The notes: a model not told the origin generated them from the letters alone. A stretch of DNA of 48,089 bases from Promethearchaeota archaeon (GCA_016840085.1 JAEOTA010000074.1:1-48089), one strand, 5' to 3'; shown: positions 37,871-47,779, numbered from the stretch's first letter. Translations and numbers: made by a program.

Positions 37871-39295
37871 CTAAATAGAATGTGTAGTATCATTTTTTAC
37901 ATATAACTTTCTTAATTTATAAATTGTGCCAATAGATATTACTCCAAGTAAAATTAATAATTCATATCCTGATATGATCTGCTCACCTTTATTCTTATCA
38001 TTATCCTCATTATCATTATCGTCATTTCCGTCATTAATATCATTTTTTATTAGAATGACATGAGCATATCCTAAATTTCCAACAATGTCAATTGCATAAA
38101 AATTAATGAAAATCTCATCATTTTGAGTTAATGAATCCCATACAGCATTCCATAAAGTTTGATTTATTGTACCAATCTTAGAGCAAGTTACATTATTTTT
38201 ACCATTATCAACTGAATACCATATTGTTTCCAGATATTTTTCATTGATTTTAATCTTAAAGCTAGGAGCAGTTCTGTTTGCTTTTGCTCCTTGTTTTGGA
38301 TAAATAATAGTAATAACTGGATCTGTTGTATCTTTATTAATTGTTATGTTCTTAGAGGTGATATGGCCAAAAATGTCATTTACGAAAAATTCCAATAAAA
38401 CCATACCATCCGTACAATTTAACCACGTACTTGCATTAATAGTCCCATTTTGAGAAAAGAAATGTTTCATTGGTGAACAATTTAGAGTATACCACATTTT
38501 GTCCAAAGTCGATGGATTTGTTTTGATGGAGATTTCAGGTGGATCTGAATATAGTTTATTTTTTAGTGGTTTGATAATAGTAAAATTAAGTCCATCGCCC
38601 CAAATTGGTAAATAATCAACACCCTGACTTAGTATATACGGCTCATCACCTATTCCATCATCATTCTGGTCAACTCCTTCATAATCATCCCAGTAATTCC
38701 CAATTTGAGAATTATTCCAATTACTAATGAATGTACCAAAAAATTGAATTTTCTTTCCAAAGAAATAATTACCAAAGAAATCATTATAGTTAGCAACTTC
38801 CCATAGAGAAATTGCATAAGCATTCTGTAATTCAAATAGATTATACGAAATAGTATTATAATTACTCCCACCACTTCTTCCCCGCAAAGTAATTCCAATT
38901 ATATTTTCAGAAAATGTATTATTGGAGATTGTATGATAATTTGAGCCATATGTAATACCATTAATATGAACTCCTTCCTTGTTATTTAAAAATTTACAGT
39001 CAATTATCCTAATGTGATGTGCATTGGTTATAATATAAATACCAGTATCTTTATTTCCCTTGAAAGTGCAATTAAGATAATTATTATGATGGGTGTGACC
39101 AAATTCTCCATTGAATGCTCCACCATCATCCGAATAGCTCACTCCATTATAATTTGCAGTAAGTAATGTAATGTTATTATGATTTCCACCAATATATACA
39201 CCATACCTTTCATTATAATTTGTGGTATTATTAAATAAATTATTATAATTCGAATTTGCTAACCAAATACCACGACCAAAATGGTAGAAATACAT
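37871..39295 (-). CDS. Cell-surface protein, probably 5'-truncated: NosD/parallel beta-helix, two Ig-like repeats and a Loki-CTERM-like sorting tail
   Basis: GI.L..S..N.I..N repeats; GNYWDDY.G.D.NDDGIGD.PY; two LD..WY.L/V...F...D..G.......I.KD units; D/N linker, then ISGYELLILLGVISIG-TM-KLRK. No signal peptide. Confidence 0.8.
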   Translation of the reverse strand: MYFYHFGRGIWLANSNYNNLFNNTTNYNERYGVYIGGNHNNITLLTANYNGVSYSDDGGAFNGEFGHTHHNNYLNCTFKGNKDTGIYIITNAHHIRIIDCKFLNNKEGVHINGITYGSNYHTISNNTFSENIIGITLRGRSGGSNYNTISYNLFELQNAYAISLWEVANYNDFFGNYFFGKKIQFFGTFISNWNNSQIGNYWDDYEGVDQNDDGIGDEPYILSQGVDYLPIWGDGLNFTIIKPLKNKLYSDPPEISIKTNPSTLDKMWYTLNCSPMKHFFSQNGTINASTWLNCTDGMVLLEFFVNDIFGHITSKNITINKDTTDPVITIIYPKQGAKANRTAPSFKIKINEKYLETIWYSVDNGKNNVTCSKIGTINQTLWNAVWDSLTQNDEIFINFYAIDIVGNLGYAHVILIKNDINDGNDDNDNEDNDKNKGEQIISGYELLILLGVISIGTIYKLRKLYVKNDTTHSI

Positions 39296-40054
39296 TCTGA
39301 TTCTTTAATATCAATATCTTTGTCAATAATAAATCAACTTAAAAAAGATAATTGCCAAAAATATATTGAAAAAGAATGATATCATTAATATTATAAAGGA
39401 GGAGTAAATAAAAGCATCAGAAAGCATCATAGGCAATGCGTTGATAAAATAATTTGGAAGACTTTAGATACTCATATATTCCTCAGAACTACTGGAAGTA
39501 TAGGTCGAATACCATAACAATAAAGGTGTGAAAAGAAAAAATTTACACTTTTGGCAAAAACATAAATAGAACAATGATTATTATGATCATAAAATAATCC
39601 ACATTTAGATTTTAATTTAGTCAAGGAAAATAATCAAACATTTTAGAATGTCAAATAAAGAAAAAAGAAAATCTAAAAAAAGAAAGATCATCATACAGCA
39701 AGGAGTAAGGCAAAGTTCACACCTTTCACAAGATTTTAATCTAAAAAAAACAGAGCCTTCCGCTGAAGTGTTTCCTTGCATGCGTAAGGGGGTGAATTCT
39801 TGGGATCGCCATATGATGTTAATCTTCAATTTCTCAAGGAGGATCTAATTAGAATAAATTAGAAGTAAACTTTATCTTAAGAAGCTTAATCCTTTAATTT
39901 TTTGTAATTATAACAAAATAAGTTGAATTTTAAAGATATTTCCAGTATTATATATAGTTCCTTCTAAATCCAGTTGTATGATTATTTAGAAGGAAAGATT
40001 TGGAATCCTTTGACCGATCAGCTATAATAAGACACGATTGTCCATTTGTTATAG

Positions 40055-40411
40055 AGCTTTTTATACTCAGGAACAAAGAGTGATATAATATATCATTACG
40101 TTGATACACTTCCAATTTTTACAGGACAGGAAAAAGGAGAAGAATACGCTCAAATAACCGGATACCAATTCCGAGATACGATAACAGAAGTTGATATTGT
40201 ATCTTTTTTCACTAATCCGAAAGATGGGAAATTTGAACACCATATCTACCAAATAGGGAGAAGGTATGGATCTGATGAATTGACTCTTAACGGTTTATTT
40301 GGATTAGGAGAGCTTAATTATGAGATACAAGATTATGATAAAGCGAATGAATTTGAGTTAGATCCAGATGACCCTGAATTAAAGGGACATTTTGAACAAC
40401 TTAAAAATTAA
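40055..40411 (+). pseudogene. Start-less 118-codon frame ending in a degenerate TPR repeat
   Basis: ...GLFGLGELNYEIQDYDKANEFELDPDDPEL...*. Bounded upstream by an in-frame TAG; no ATG. Confidence 0.45.
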
Positions 40412-40498
40412 ATAAAAAAGATAATAAAATAAATGAATTTTACGGAGGAATAAAAAATAAAGCATTAAACCAACTACAATTCGTGTTTCAAAGCCTAA

Positions 40499-41500
40499 TT
40501 AATTACTTTTTATAAGATTTTTAAGGTATTTTTTATAATTTTGTGTTAGATTACCTTTATAATATGGGTTTCTTCCTGTATCTTTCCTATATTTTTTATG
40601 TAATCTGTTTTTCCAATTTTTAAAATTTTTAGTTTCAGATTCATTCCATATTGCATTCTTACCAGTTAAGGTTTCAAAGATTTTCTTTTCTGAAATCTCT
40701 TTGCTTTGTTTAGTAGAATTCGAGGCATTTTTATCAAGGTTTTTTATTAGCTTTTTGTTCTTAATAGGTTTTTTATTAATCAAGTTTTCTAAATATAATG
40801 AGAATTGCTTTGTAGGTTTTCCTCTGTAATAAGTAATTTTCCCCGTTTTTATTCGATATTTGTTCTTTATTTTTGCTTTCCAGTTCTGAAAGGCTTTTGT
40901 TTCAGATCCGTTCCAAATAGCATTTTTATTAGTTAATTTCTCAAATACGAAAGCTTCTAAATTATTAATTTCAGGATCTTTTACCTGTTTAGATTTTTTC
41001 TTTAGAATGTCTTTTTTAGTTTTGATTATTGGTTTTGTGTTTTTATTAATAATTTCTAAAATTTCAGACCCATTTATTTTTCTTCCACTGCCAATTGTAA
41101 AAAAAGGTTCATCTATTATATCTAAATGAACAGAAAAGTCAAATACTTGATGATTATCCACTACAGGTCCTAAATATTTTGCTAAAACTGTTATTGTACC
41201 ATTATTTTGTGATAAATCAATAAGATTATTCGAACTTTTGGTAGCTTGATATAAAGAAAGATGGGTAAAGTCACTAATTTTATCAATTTCTTTAATATTT
41301 TCCTTGTTTTTAATGAGAGCACTATACCTCGATTTATTTTTTCCATTAATTGAAACATCAAGAGCTGTTAAGTTATATCCTGCTTCTTTCTTTAATGTCT
41401 TTTCTATAATAAACTTAATAAATTTCTTAAGTTGAATCCATTTTGACTTTTTAGCCAATCCTATTATTTCTCTTAAACTCTCTTCAGGCATCAATAACAC
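40499..41500 (-). CDS. Basic protein with four C-terminal ~28-aa repeats (T-G/N-K..I/Y-W/Y..G..T..F/Y)
   Basis: FEKLTNKNAIWNGSETKAFQNW / YRIKTGKITYYRGKPTKQFSLY / FETLTGKNAIWNESETKNFKNW / YRKDTGRNPYYKGNLTQNYKKY. Confidence 0.75.
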   Translation of the reverse strand: MLLMPEESLREIIGLAKKSKWIQLKKFIKFIIEKTLKKEAGYNLTALDVSINGKNKSRYSALIKNKENIKEIDKISDFTHLSLYQATKSSNNLIDLSQNNGTITVLAKYLGPVVDNHQVFDFSVHLDIIDEPFFTIGSGRKINGSEILEIINKNTKPIIKTKKDILKKKSKQVKDPEINNLEAFVFEKLTNKNAIWNGSETKAFQNWKAKIKNKYRIKTGKITYYRGKPTKQFSLYLENLINKKPIKNKKLIKNLDKNASNSTKQSKEISEKKIFETLTGKNAIWNESETKNFKNWKNRLHKKYRKDTGRNPYYKGNLTQNYKKYLKNLIKSN

Positions 41501-41768
41501 TTAAATAAAACAAATAGAAATTCCTTAACCCGTTAGGAATAAATCTTACATTTATTTACACAATATACATAAAAAAAGTACTTAATATATCTTTATTTTT
41601 AATGATGTTATTCTATGAGTGATTTTAAACAATTTTTTAATCAATCATAGGAGATACCAAATGAAGAATATATTAGTTTTAAGAAAAAGAAGAGCAAGGC
41701 AGAGAACAACGATAAATAGCACTAAACAAATTGCTAAATTGTAAGGAATCTTTTACTTTCTTACTTTA

Positions 41769-41957
41769 CTAGGAGCGTACATCCATCATTGAATATTCCT
41801 TCCAACCGCGTTTTGACTCCCCTTTTGTGCCAATCATTTCATCTTTAATCCATGAATCGAAGATTTCCCACATTTGATCTTCATTGTCAGTAACTTTCAA
41901 GTTGCGTTCAAGAGGTTTTTTGCGGTTTTCGCTATAATCAGAATAATAAATTGCGTA
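41769..41957 (-). pseudogene. Start-less C-terminal fragment resembling the tail of DNA-ligase-like proteins
   Basis: YAIYYSDYSENRKKPLERNLKVTDNEDQMWEIFDSWIKDEMIGTKGESKRGWKEY...; in-frame TAA immediately upstream. Confidence 0.4.
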
Positions 41958-42281
41958 TTATTATCTAATAACAAGTTTAAAAAATTATTGCTGAAGTGTT
42001 AAGTGATTGGTTTTTTGACTTGGCAACATCTACGTATGATGATATTGGAGATAATAAAAAGATGGACTAATCTATCATACCGAAACGAATGAATATCAAA
42101 AAGGGGTGTTATTAGCGAAAGAAAGACTACTTCAAGAACATATCATGAAAGAAAATTCTGATATTAAAATCATTGCTGCTATTAAACGAGGGATGCATAG
42201 ATTCTATGGTGAAGAAAAGTGATAGGTTAGGCACCTCACCTCTCCCGATGAGAAATTGTCGCTTCATGCGTGGGTTGAATA

Positions 42282-42581
42282 CTATGTTCCAAATATCGGA
42301 TAGATTAATTGAAGGATTGCGTAATGAATTGTTAATCTAAGAAATAGGACTCCCTTTAGATTTCCTTCTACTATATAATCTCGAGGGAGATTCCACATAT
42401 CCTCATGTGCTTCAGTTCTAGAACCATACTTTAAAATAAATATTCTAATCTCAGGGTAAATGATTAATTTTTCAAGGAAATCAACTCCAAGCAATTTATG
42501 ACCGCCCCCATGAGAGATTATATTAAGATTTAAAAGATAATCGTATGTCCACTCTTCAATTATTCTTGAATTAAAATATTT
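42282..42581 (-). pseudogene. Gene fragment with SHGGGH motif
   Basis: The frame extends upstream of the annotated TTG (…IIEEWTYDYLLNLNIISHGGGHKLLGVDF…) to a stop at the end of the M50 gene; no proper start. Confidence 0.35.
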
Positions 42582-43738
42582 TAGTTAAAATATTCAATAA
42601 GGATGTTTGAGGAAATATATCTATTCTTCAATATTTTAGTAGATTTTAAAGCAGAAGTCAGATCTTTTTCTTCGATAATGCCGATAATTTCTTCTTCTTT
42701 CTTACCCTTAACACCAACAATACGTGGTATTTTCTTCATTTGGATTAATTTAATCATTGCGTCTTTTCCTGTTCCGTTTATGTAAATTGAAGGAAATTCT
42801 GAAATTTTTTTCATAGCGTATCCAACAATATATCTTGATCTTCGTTTAATTGGAATTCTTTTAATGTCATCTGAATGAAGTATACCTGTAATTTTATCTT
42901 CTAAAACAATTGGAAAGTAAGATCTATTATATAATGTGAAATAATCTTTTATTGCATTAATTATTAATGTATCAAATGGAATAACTCTTTCTGGTTTCCT
43001 TATAATGTCTTTAATTTTGATGTTTGAAAGCTTTATTTGATATAATGTCCAAATATAAGTCTTTCGTGCTGAGGATACAAGAAACATTCCAATTAACACA
43101 AACCACAAGCCATTGAGAGATCGAAAAATTATCATCTGAAAAAACCCAAAAAGTGAAAAAAATTTTCCAAAAAAGAAGCCAACTTTGGATGTAGTTCGAG
43201 TTGCAGATAAAAAATCGTTTCTTTTCTTCCATAAAAAAGCTCTTAATATTCTCCCTCCATCAATTGGAAATGCAGGTATTAGATTAAACATCGCTAAACC
43301 TATATTAGAGATTCCAGAGTAAAAGCAGGTTCCTAAAACGAATGGTGGTAAATTCGCAAATAAAAAAGTGATTAACAATAGATTAGCACCCAATAATAAG
43401 TTTGAAATCGGACCAATTGCGACAATTGTCATTTCACTTTTAGGAGTTTTTGGTTCGTCTAGTATTTGAGAGGATCCTCCAAAGATATCAAGTTCAATGT
43501 GGGATACCTCTAGCCCGTGTCGTTGTGCTATTATTGAATGCATTATCTCGTGTACTAGTATCGAAAATACCATGATTAAACCGTTAATTATACCAAACAA
43601 GAAAAGTTCCCATATTGGTATAGTGTTAGGTATTAAATCGCAATAAAATAATACCGCATGGAATCCAATAAAAACGACTATTAATAAAGTTGAGAAATGG
43701 AGTCTAATTTCAATATCTTTAATTTTTCCTAATTTCAA
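42581..43738 (-). CDS. Site-2 protease (peptidase M50) with C-terminal CBS domains
   Basis: HEIMH, AIGP.SN, FNLIPAFPIDGGRILRA, CBS pair. Confidence 0.92.
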   Translation of the reverse strand: MKLGKIKDIEIRLHFSTLLIVVFIGFHAVLFYCDLIPNTIPIWELFLFGIINGLIMVFSILVHEIMHSIIAQRHGLEVSHIELDIFGGSSQILDEPKTPKSEMTIVAIGPISNLLLGANLLLITFLFANLPPFVLGTCFYSGISNIGLAMFNLIPAFPIDGGRILRAFLWKKRNDFLSATRTTSKVGFFFGKFFSLFGFFQMIIFRSLNGLWFVLIGMFLVSSARKTYIWTLYQIKLSNIKIKDIIRKPERVIPFDTLIINAIKDYFTLYNRSYFPIVLEDKITGILHSDDIKRIPIKRRSRYIVGYAMKKISEFPSIYINGTGKDAMIKLIQMKKIPRIVGVKGKKEEEIIGIIEEKDLTSALKSTKILKNRYISSNILIEYFN

Positions 43739-44053
43739 AACTGATATCCAAATTTATTATTTTCTCATTAATTATTATTATAATTATCCTTTTATTATTT
43801 GCTCAAAAGAAGTTATACTTTGTTCTCATCTTAAATGAAAAAAATGAATTTCTTTATTAATATAAGATGAGTTAAGAATTGCTCTATTTTGAAGAATAAA
43901 TGAATTCATTTTAAACACTTATTCGGGATTAATTGTTCTTATTATCATTTCAAAATCTAATAAATTTATATAACATTAGGGATATTTTCAAATAAATAGG
44001 TAAAATTTGAAAATTCAAGTGGAAGATCAATATAATTTGTAAGACTTAAATAA

Positions 44054-44470
44054 ATGAATTTTAGTTCAATATTAATAGACATAATATTTTTTTTAGTATT
44101 TTTATTTGTAGGCACGATACTTGTAAAATGGTTAGTGCAAAGAAAAGGATGGGACGATTCATATAAAACAGCATTTATTTTCACTTTAATCTGGAATTCC
44201 ATAGATTTAGGTATAAATTTATTTATGGATTTTTTTTTTGAATATCTTTTTGTGGTAGCCGGATTAAATGTACACATTATTATAATTATTTTTATAATTA
44301 CGAGTATTATTACTTTAAGTATTGTTTTAGTTATTTCCACTTTATTTTTTAAAATTTTATATAAAAGAGAGATTTGGGAGTCATTTGTCGTAGTAATCAT
44401 AAATATACTTATCAAATGGCTTTTAGGATTTCTCCTTTCTCAAATTTATTTAGTGCTACCTTTCGTCTAA
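44054..44470 (+). CDS. Small 4-TM membrane protein
   Basis: Four hydrophobic segments with charged loops (QRKGWDDSYK, YKREIWES). Confidence 0.65.
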   Translation: MNFSSILIDIIFFLVFLFVGTILVKWLVQRKGWDDSYKTAFIFTLIWNSIDLGINLFMDFFFEYLFVVAGLNVHIIIIIFIITSIITLSIVLVISTLFFKILYKREIWESFVVVIINILIKWLLGFLLSQIYLVLPFV

Positions 44471-44860
44471 CTTATTTAATATATACTTTCATATGAACTT
44501 TCGCAACGTAAAAAAGAGAAAGCTACAAAAACTAGACGTAATCAGAAATTTTGATTGATAATATTTCAGGAGTATCATAAGTAGAAACACAGATCATTTT
44601 CCGATCCTTTAAGAAGATCCTCAATTCTTTGGGTCTTTTCAAAATCCTCCATTTTTAATCCCTATTATAGTTTCTATATAAATAGGATTCTAGAATTTAA
44701 ATTGTCTTTAGATTTTAACTAAAAATTAAAGAAAATAGGATTAAATAAGTTTATAATAATCAACTTTTATTAATTTGTTGATGCTATTTATCTATTTAAT
44801 TAATTTAAATCAATTAAAACTCAGATCTCCTTTATAAGGAAATTATAAAATAGTGATTAA

Positions 44861-45235
44861 GTGAAAGTTAATAAGATACCGATAAGACCAAATAAGATAG
44901 GAATAGATCTAATATTGTGTCCAAAAACAAATTTATATTTACAAGATTTATTTTGTCGTAGATGTCCTTATTTTGAATTCGATAACGAAAAATTTATTCA
45001 GTGTAATTTTACAGGACATAGATATGGTAAGTCAGATCCCGTTAAAGATAGATTAATTAAGGATCTTTCTGATGCATTTATTAGAGAACTTCCAATAAAA
45101 GATAAAAAAAGACCAATGACTAATTTTACAGAGAGGTTAAAAAAGCCTAAATCACCAAAAACTAAAGAAGAATTATTAATGGAAGAACTTTCTCAACATT
45201 TAAAAAAAAAGACTAAGAATTTCCATAATAATTAA
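44861..45235 (+). CDS. Four-cysteine metal-binding protein with basic/helical tail
   Basis: CP-x10-CRRC-x12-C; C-terminal KEELLMEELSQHLKKK. Confidence 0.6.
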   Translation: MKVNKIPIRPNKIGIDLILCPKTNLYLQDLFCRRCPYFEFDNEKFIQCNFTGHRYGKSDPVKDRLIKDLSDAFIRELPIKDKKRPMTNFTERLKKPKSPKTKEELLMEELSQHLKKKTKNFHNN

Positions 45236-45386
45236 AGGAAAGACCAGATATTTAACATTTGTAAGATTAAAAATTTTTATAATTATTAAAGAAAAAAAAT
45301 ACATCATTAAATACTGAATTTTAAAAAAAAAAATTTAGTGATTAAATAGAATTTATAAATTTAACTCAAAAAATCTAACAACAGAA

Positions 45387-46103
45387 TTAATAAGGTATTC
45401 CACATTCTTCCAATCGCGCTGCATAAAGAAAATAATTTACCCAATGTAAATCTTCTGGTAGTATTAACTGGTGATCATAATTAAACGATTCCACAAAGGT
45501 TCTTAAATTATTGCATTCAGCACATATCAAAGCTTTCATGTACTCACCAGTATTATTTCTACATTGCACCATTACTAAATATGTCGTCCATGAAGGATAA
45601 TTCATATTCATTATTTCATCACATGTCAAATATGCTTCCTCAGCAACTAATTCCTGAAGAGCCTCTGTCCCGACTGTGATAATGACTGTATCATCCTCTC
45701 CCTCCCCATTATTATCACTTGCCTCTGCCGCTACAACAATTATTATTATAACCACTACAACCACCCATTCAACCCAGCTATAGAGTCCAGCACCAGGAAA
45801 AGTTGGAATTTTACCAAGATCTATGATATCATCTAATTCAAGCTCCAATTTTTTATTAATTCTCTCTATTATTCGTTTTTTATACTTATCTTTAAATAGT
45901 TTAATGAGAGAAATCAGATTATTTAACCGCTTTTTTGCCATTTCTATTAAAAATTTTTCGTTGAATCTGTTTTTGAGATTTATTATTACGCTATTTTTTG
46001 ATTTTTCACCAAGATACACAGCTCGCATTGATTTCCAAAATTTATATTCCTTTCGTAAATAATTATCAAAATTATATTTTTCTAAATTCAAAAAATAAAT
46101 CAC
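45387..46103 (-). CDS. Hypothetical single-pass protein: basic N-terminal domain, poly-Val/Ile segment, acidic Cys-containing C-terminal domain
   Basis: WVEWVVVVVIIIIVVAA; five Cys in the C-terminal part. SD ggagggtga overlaps the annotated GTG, so the true start is likely a few codons downstream. Confidence 0.65.
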   Translation of the reverse strand: MIYFLNLEKYNFDNYLRKEYKFWKSMRAVYLGEKSKNSVIINLKNRFNEKFLIEMAKKRLNNLISLIKLFKDKYKKRIIERINKKLELELDDIIDLGKIPTFPGAGLYSWVEWVVVVVIIIIVVAAEASDNNGEGEDDTVIITVGTEALQELVAEEAYLTCDEIMNMNYPSWTTYLVMVQCRNNTGEYMKALICAECNNLRTFVESFNYDHQLILPEDLHWVNYFLYAARLEECGIPY

Positions 46104-46352
46104 CCTCCTATATCTTATTTAAAATATATATTAAGTTGTGTAAAAGATACCTATTGGACTAGGCGAATATCATAATGATAAGATAATTAATAAATCTTAT
46201 TGTCATTAAAGTTACAATTAAAAAATAACACCTTACTTTGGTATATTTGGGACTTGTTCACAATACTTTACACGCATTTAATAAAATTTTCTAATGTTGA
46301 GGTTGAGGTCAATGCTGTTCAATAAAATCTGCTATCTTTTCTGTCTTGGGAG

Positions 46353-46766
46353 TCAATTCCCAAAGAATCCATCAAATTTATTCGCATCATAATCCCAATC
46401 TAATATCTCATCTTCTGAATACCGTGAAAAGAATCGTGTCAGGATTGCATATAATTCCTTAGAACATTTCTTTTCTTTTATCAACTGGAAAATTTTCAAA
46501 GTATATTTCTTGATTGGATATAATCCCATAAATATAACCATAACTTCTTCTTCTCCTCTTATTATTTTTTTAGATATTAACTGTAATTGAGAATTGTCTA
46601 AAGTAATTGTTTTAACACTTTCAGAAAATGTGCTTTTGACAGCAGTAAAGAGCGCCCCCATTATTCCCGCTAAAATTGTATCATCAACTTCTATTATATC
46701 ATTTTTTTGATATAATAACACTCCAAGATCTTTAAAAATCCATAAAGCTTTGATATATTTTATCAT
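46353..46766 (-). CDS. Longin-like (profilin-fold) domain protein
   Basis: IKALWIF..LGVLLY...DDTILAGIMGAL..AVK..F.E.VKTITL...L matches the beta-beta-alpha-beta-beta-beta longin pattern common in Asgard archaea. Confidence 0.7.
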   Translation of the reverse strand: MIKYIKALWIFKDLGVLLYQKNDIIEVDDTILAGIMGALFTAVKSTFSESVKTITLDNSQLQLISKKIIRGEEEVMVIFMGLYPIKKYTLKIFQLIKEKKCSKELYAILTRFFSRYSEDEILDWDYDANKFDGFFGN

Positions 46767-46909
46767 TTGTTTTTAAGTTAGTTAAATTCCAAACCCAATG
46801 CAAGATTTTGATTATTACTATGCAACAAACATTATTTCGAGAATTTCTATTCTTCATTTATTTTTCCCTCTCTTCAAAAAATATAATAACTTTCTTTTTC
46901 TTTTTTTTT

Positions 46910-47080
46910 TTATAAAAAAGGTTTCCACTCCTCTATATTCATTATTTCTTCTTTATTTACAATCTGAACAGGATGACCAGAATGTAATGAATCGAATTTT
47001 TCCAATTGTTCCTTATTCAAATAATCATTTTCAAGAATCGGTATATATTCACGGCACATAAAACATACTTTTACTCGCAT
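46910..47080 (-). CDS. 56-aa CxxC...HxxH zinc-binding microprotein (copy 2), not in ORF track
   Basis: MRVKVCFMCREYIPILENDYLNKEQLEKFDSLHSGHPVQIVNKEEIMNIEEWKPFL*. Strong SD gaaggagaggt. 41/55 identical to 4080-4247. Confidence 0.88.
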   Translation of the reverse strand: MRVKVCFMCREYIPILENDYLNKEQLEKFDSLHSGHPVQIVNKEEIMNIEEWKPFL

Positions 47081-47108
47081 TAATTTTATACCTCTCCTTC
47101 TTTAACAA

Positions 47109-47645
47109 TTAAGCATAACCTTCAAATTTCATTATAGTTCTTGTTAAAAATTCAAACATCTTATCAACATTTTTTCCAGTTTTAGAGGAGCATTCGAAAT
47201 ATTTAAAGAATTTATATTTTTTTGAGATTTTTTTAGCAGATCTTCGAGATATCATTCGTTTTTTAGAGAGATCTAACTTTCCACCAACCATTAATATAGG
47301 GATTTCTTTTTTATCATCAGATAAACTTTCTTTAAATGCTCCTAACCAATCTTCTATATTCCTTAAACTGGAATATTTAGTAATATCATACATAAAAATT
47401 CCTCCTGCTGCCCCTCTTGTAAAAGCGGGGAAAATAAATTTAAAGCTTAACTCAGTTCCAAGGATCCAAATTTGAAGAGTTATTTTAAAAGAATCTATTG
47501 TTAACGTCTTAACTGCAATATCAACACCCATAGGTGGCTTAGTATTCTTATTGAACGTTTCAAGAGCAAATGTACGAATTAATAAAAATTTTCCAACATT
47601 CTTTTCGCCAAAAATACATATTTTGAAGATTAAATCCTTGTTAAT
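47109..47645 (-). CDS. Degenerate Rab-like GTPase (pseudo-GTPase); extended 38 codons upstream to a probable ATT start
   Basis: The upstream in-frame segment INKDLIFKICIFGEKNVGKFLLIRTF...TKPP supplies beta1 and the P-loop. SD gaggtg lies 7 nt before ATT, with an in-frame TAG just upstream. G4 GKLD, G5 CSSK. Confidence 0.8.
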   Translation of the reverse strand: MNKDLIFKICIFGEKNVGKFLLIRTFALETFNKNTKPPMGVDIAVKTLTIDSFKITLQIWILGTELSFKFIFPAFTRGAAGGIFMYDITKYSSLRNIEDWLGAFKESLSDDKKEIPILMVGGKLDLSKKRMISRRSAKKISKKYKFFKYFECSSKTGKNVDKMFEFLTRTIMKFEGYA

Positions 47646-47779
47646 TTTCTTACACCTCTAATTTTTTAAAAGCTTCCAAGTTTTCTTTTACCTATAGAAT
47701 CTATTAATCATTTCTATTGGCATTTTTTATCTAACTTAAAAGTAAAAGTAAATCCTTATACCTTATTTTATTATAACAG

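Noticed and set aside
39755-42285. Two GC-rich patches sharing CATGCGT..GGG.TGAAT.CT (~39779-39801 and ~42266-42284); possible IS200/IS605 ends or RNA motif
   Set aside because: Short gapped match with no consistent hairpin and no tnpA/tnpB nearby.
43966-44415. 149-aa minus-strand ORF and the other short ORFs nested in or antisense to assigned genes (e.g. 2446, 4858, 11704, 14601, 25492, 37208, 37314, 45823)
   Set aside because: Shadow ORFs with no motifs, overlapping better-supported genes.
44575-44652. 25-codon minus-strand ORF ending in TGA, considered for selenocysteine read-through
   Set aside because: No selenoprotein motif; read-through soon meets another TGA; no SECIS-like structure seen.
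46798-47061. 87-aa plus-strand ORF in the track
   Set aside because: Antisense shadow of the conserved microprotein at 46910-47080.
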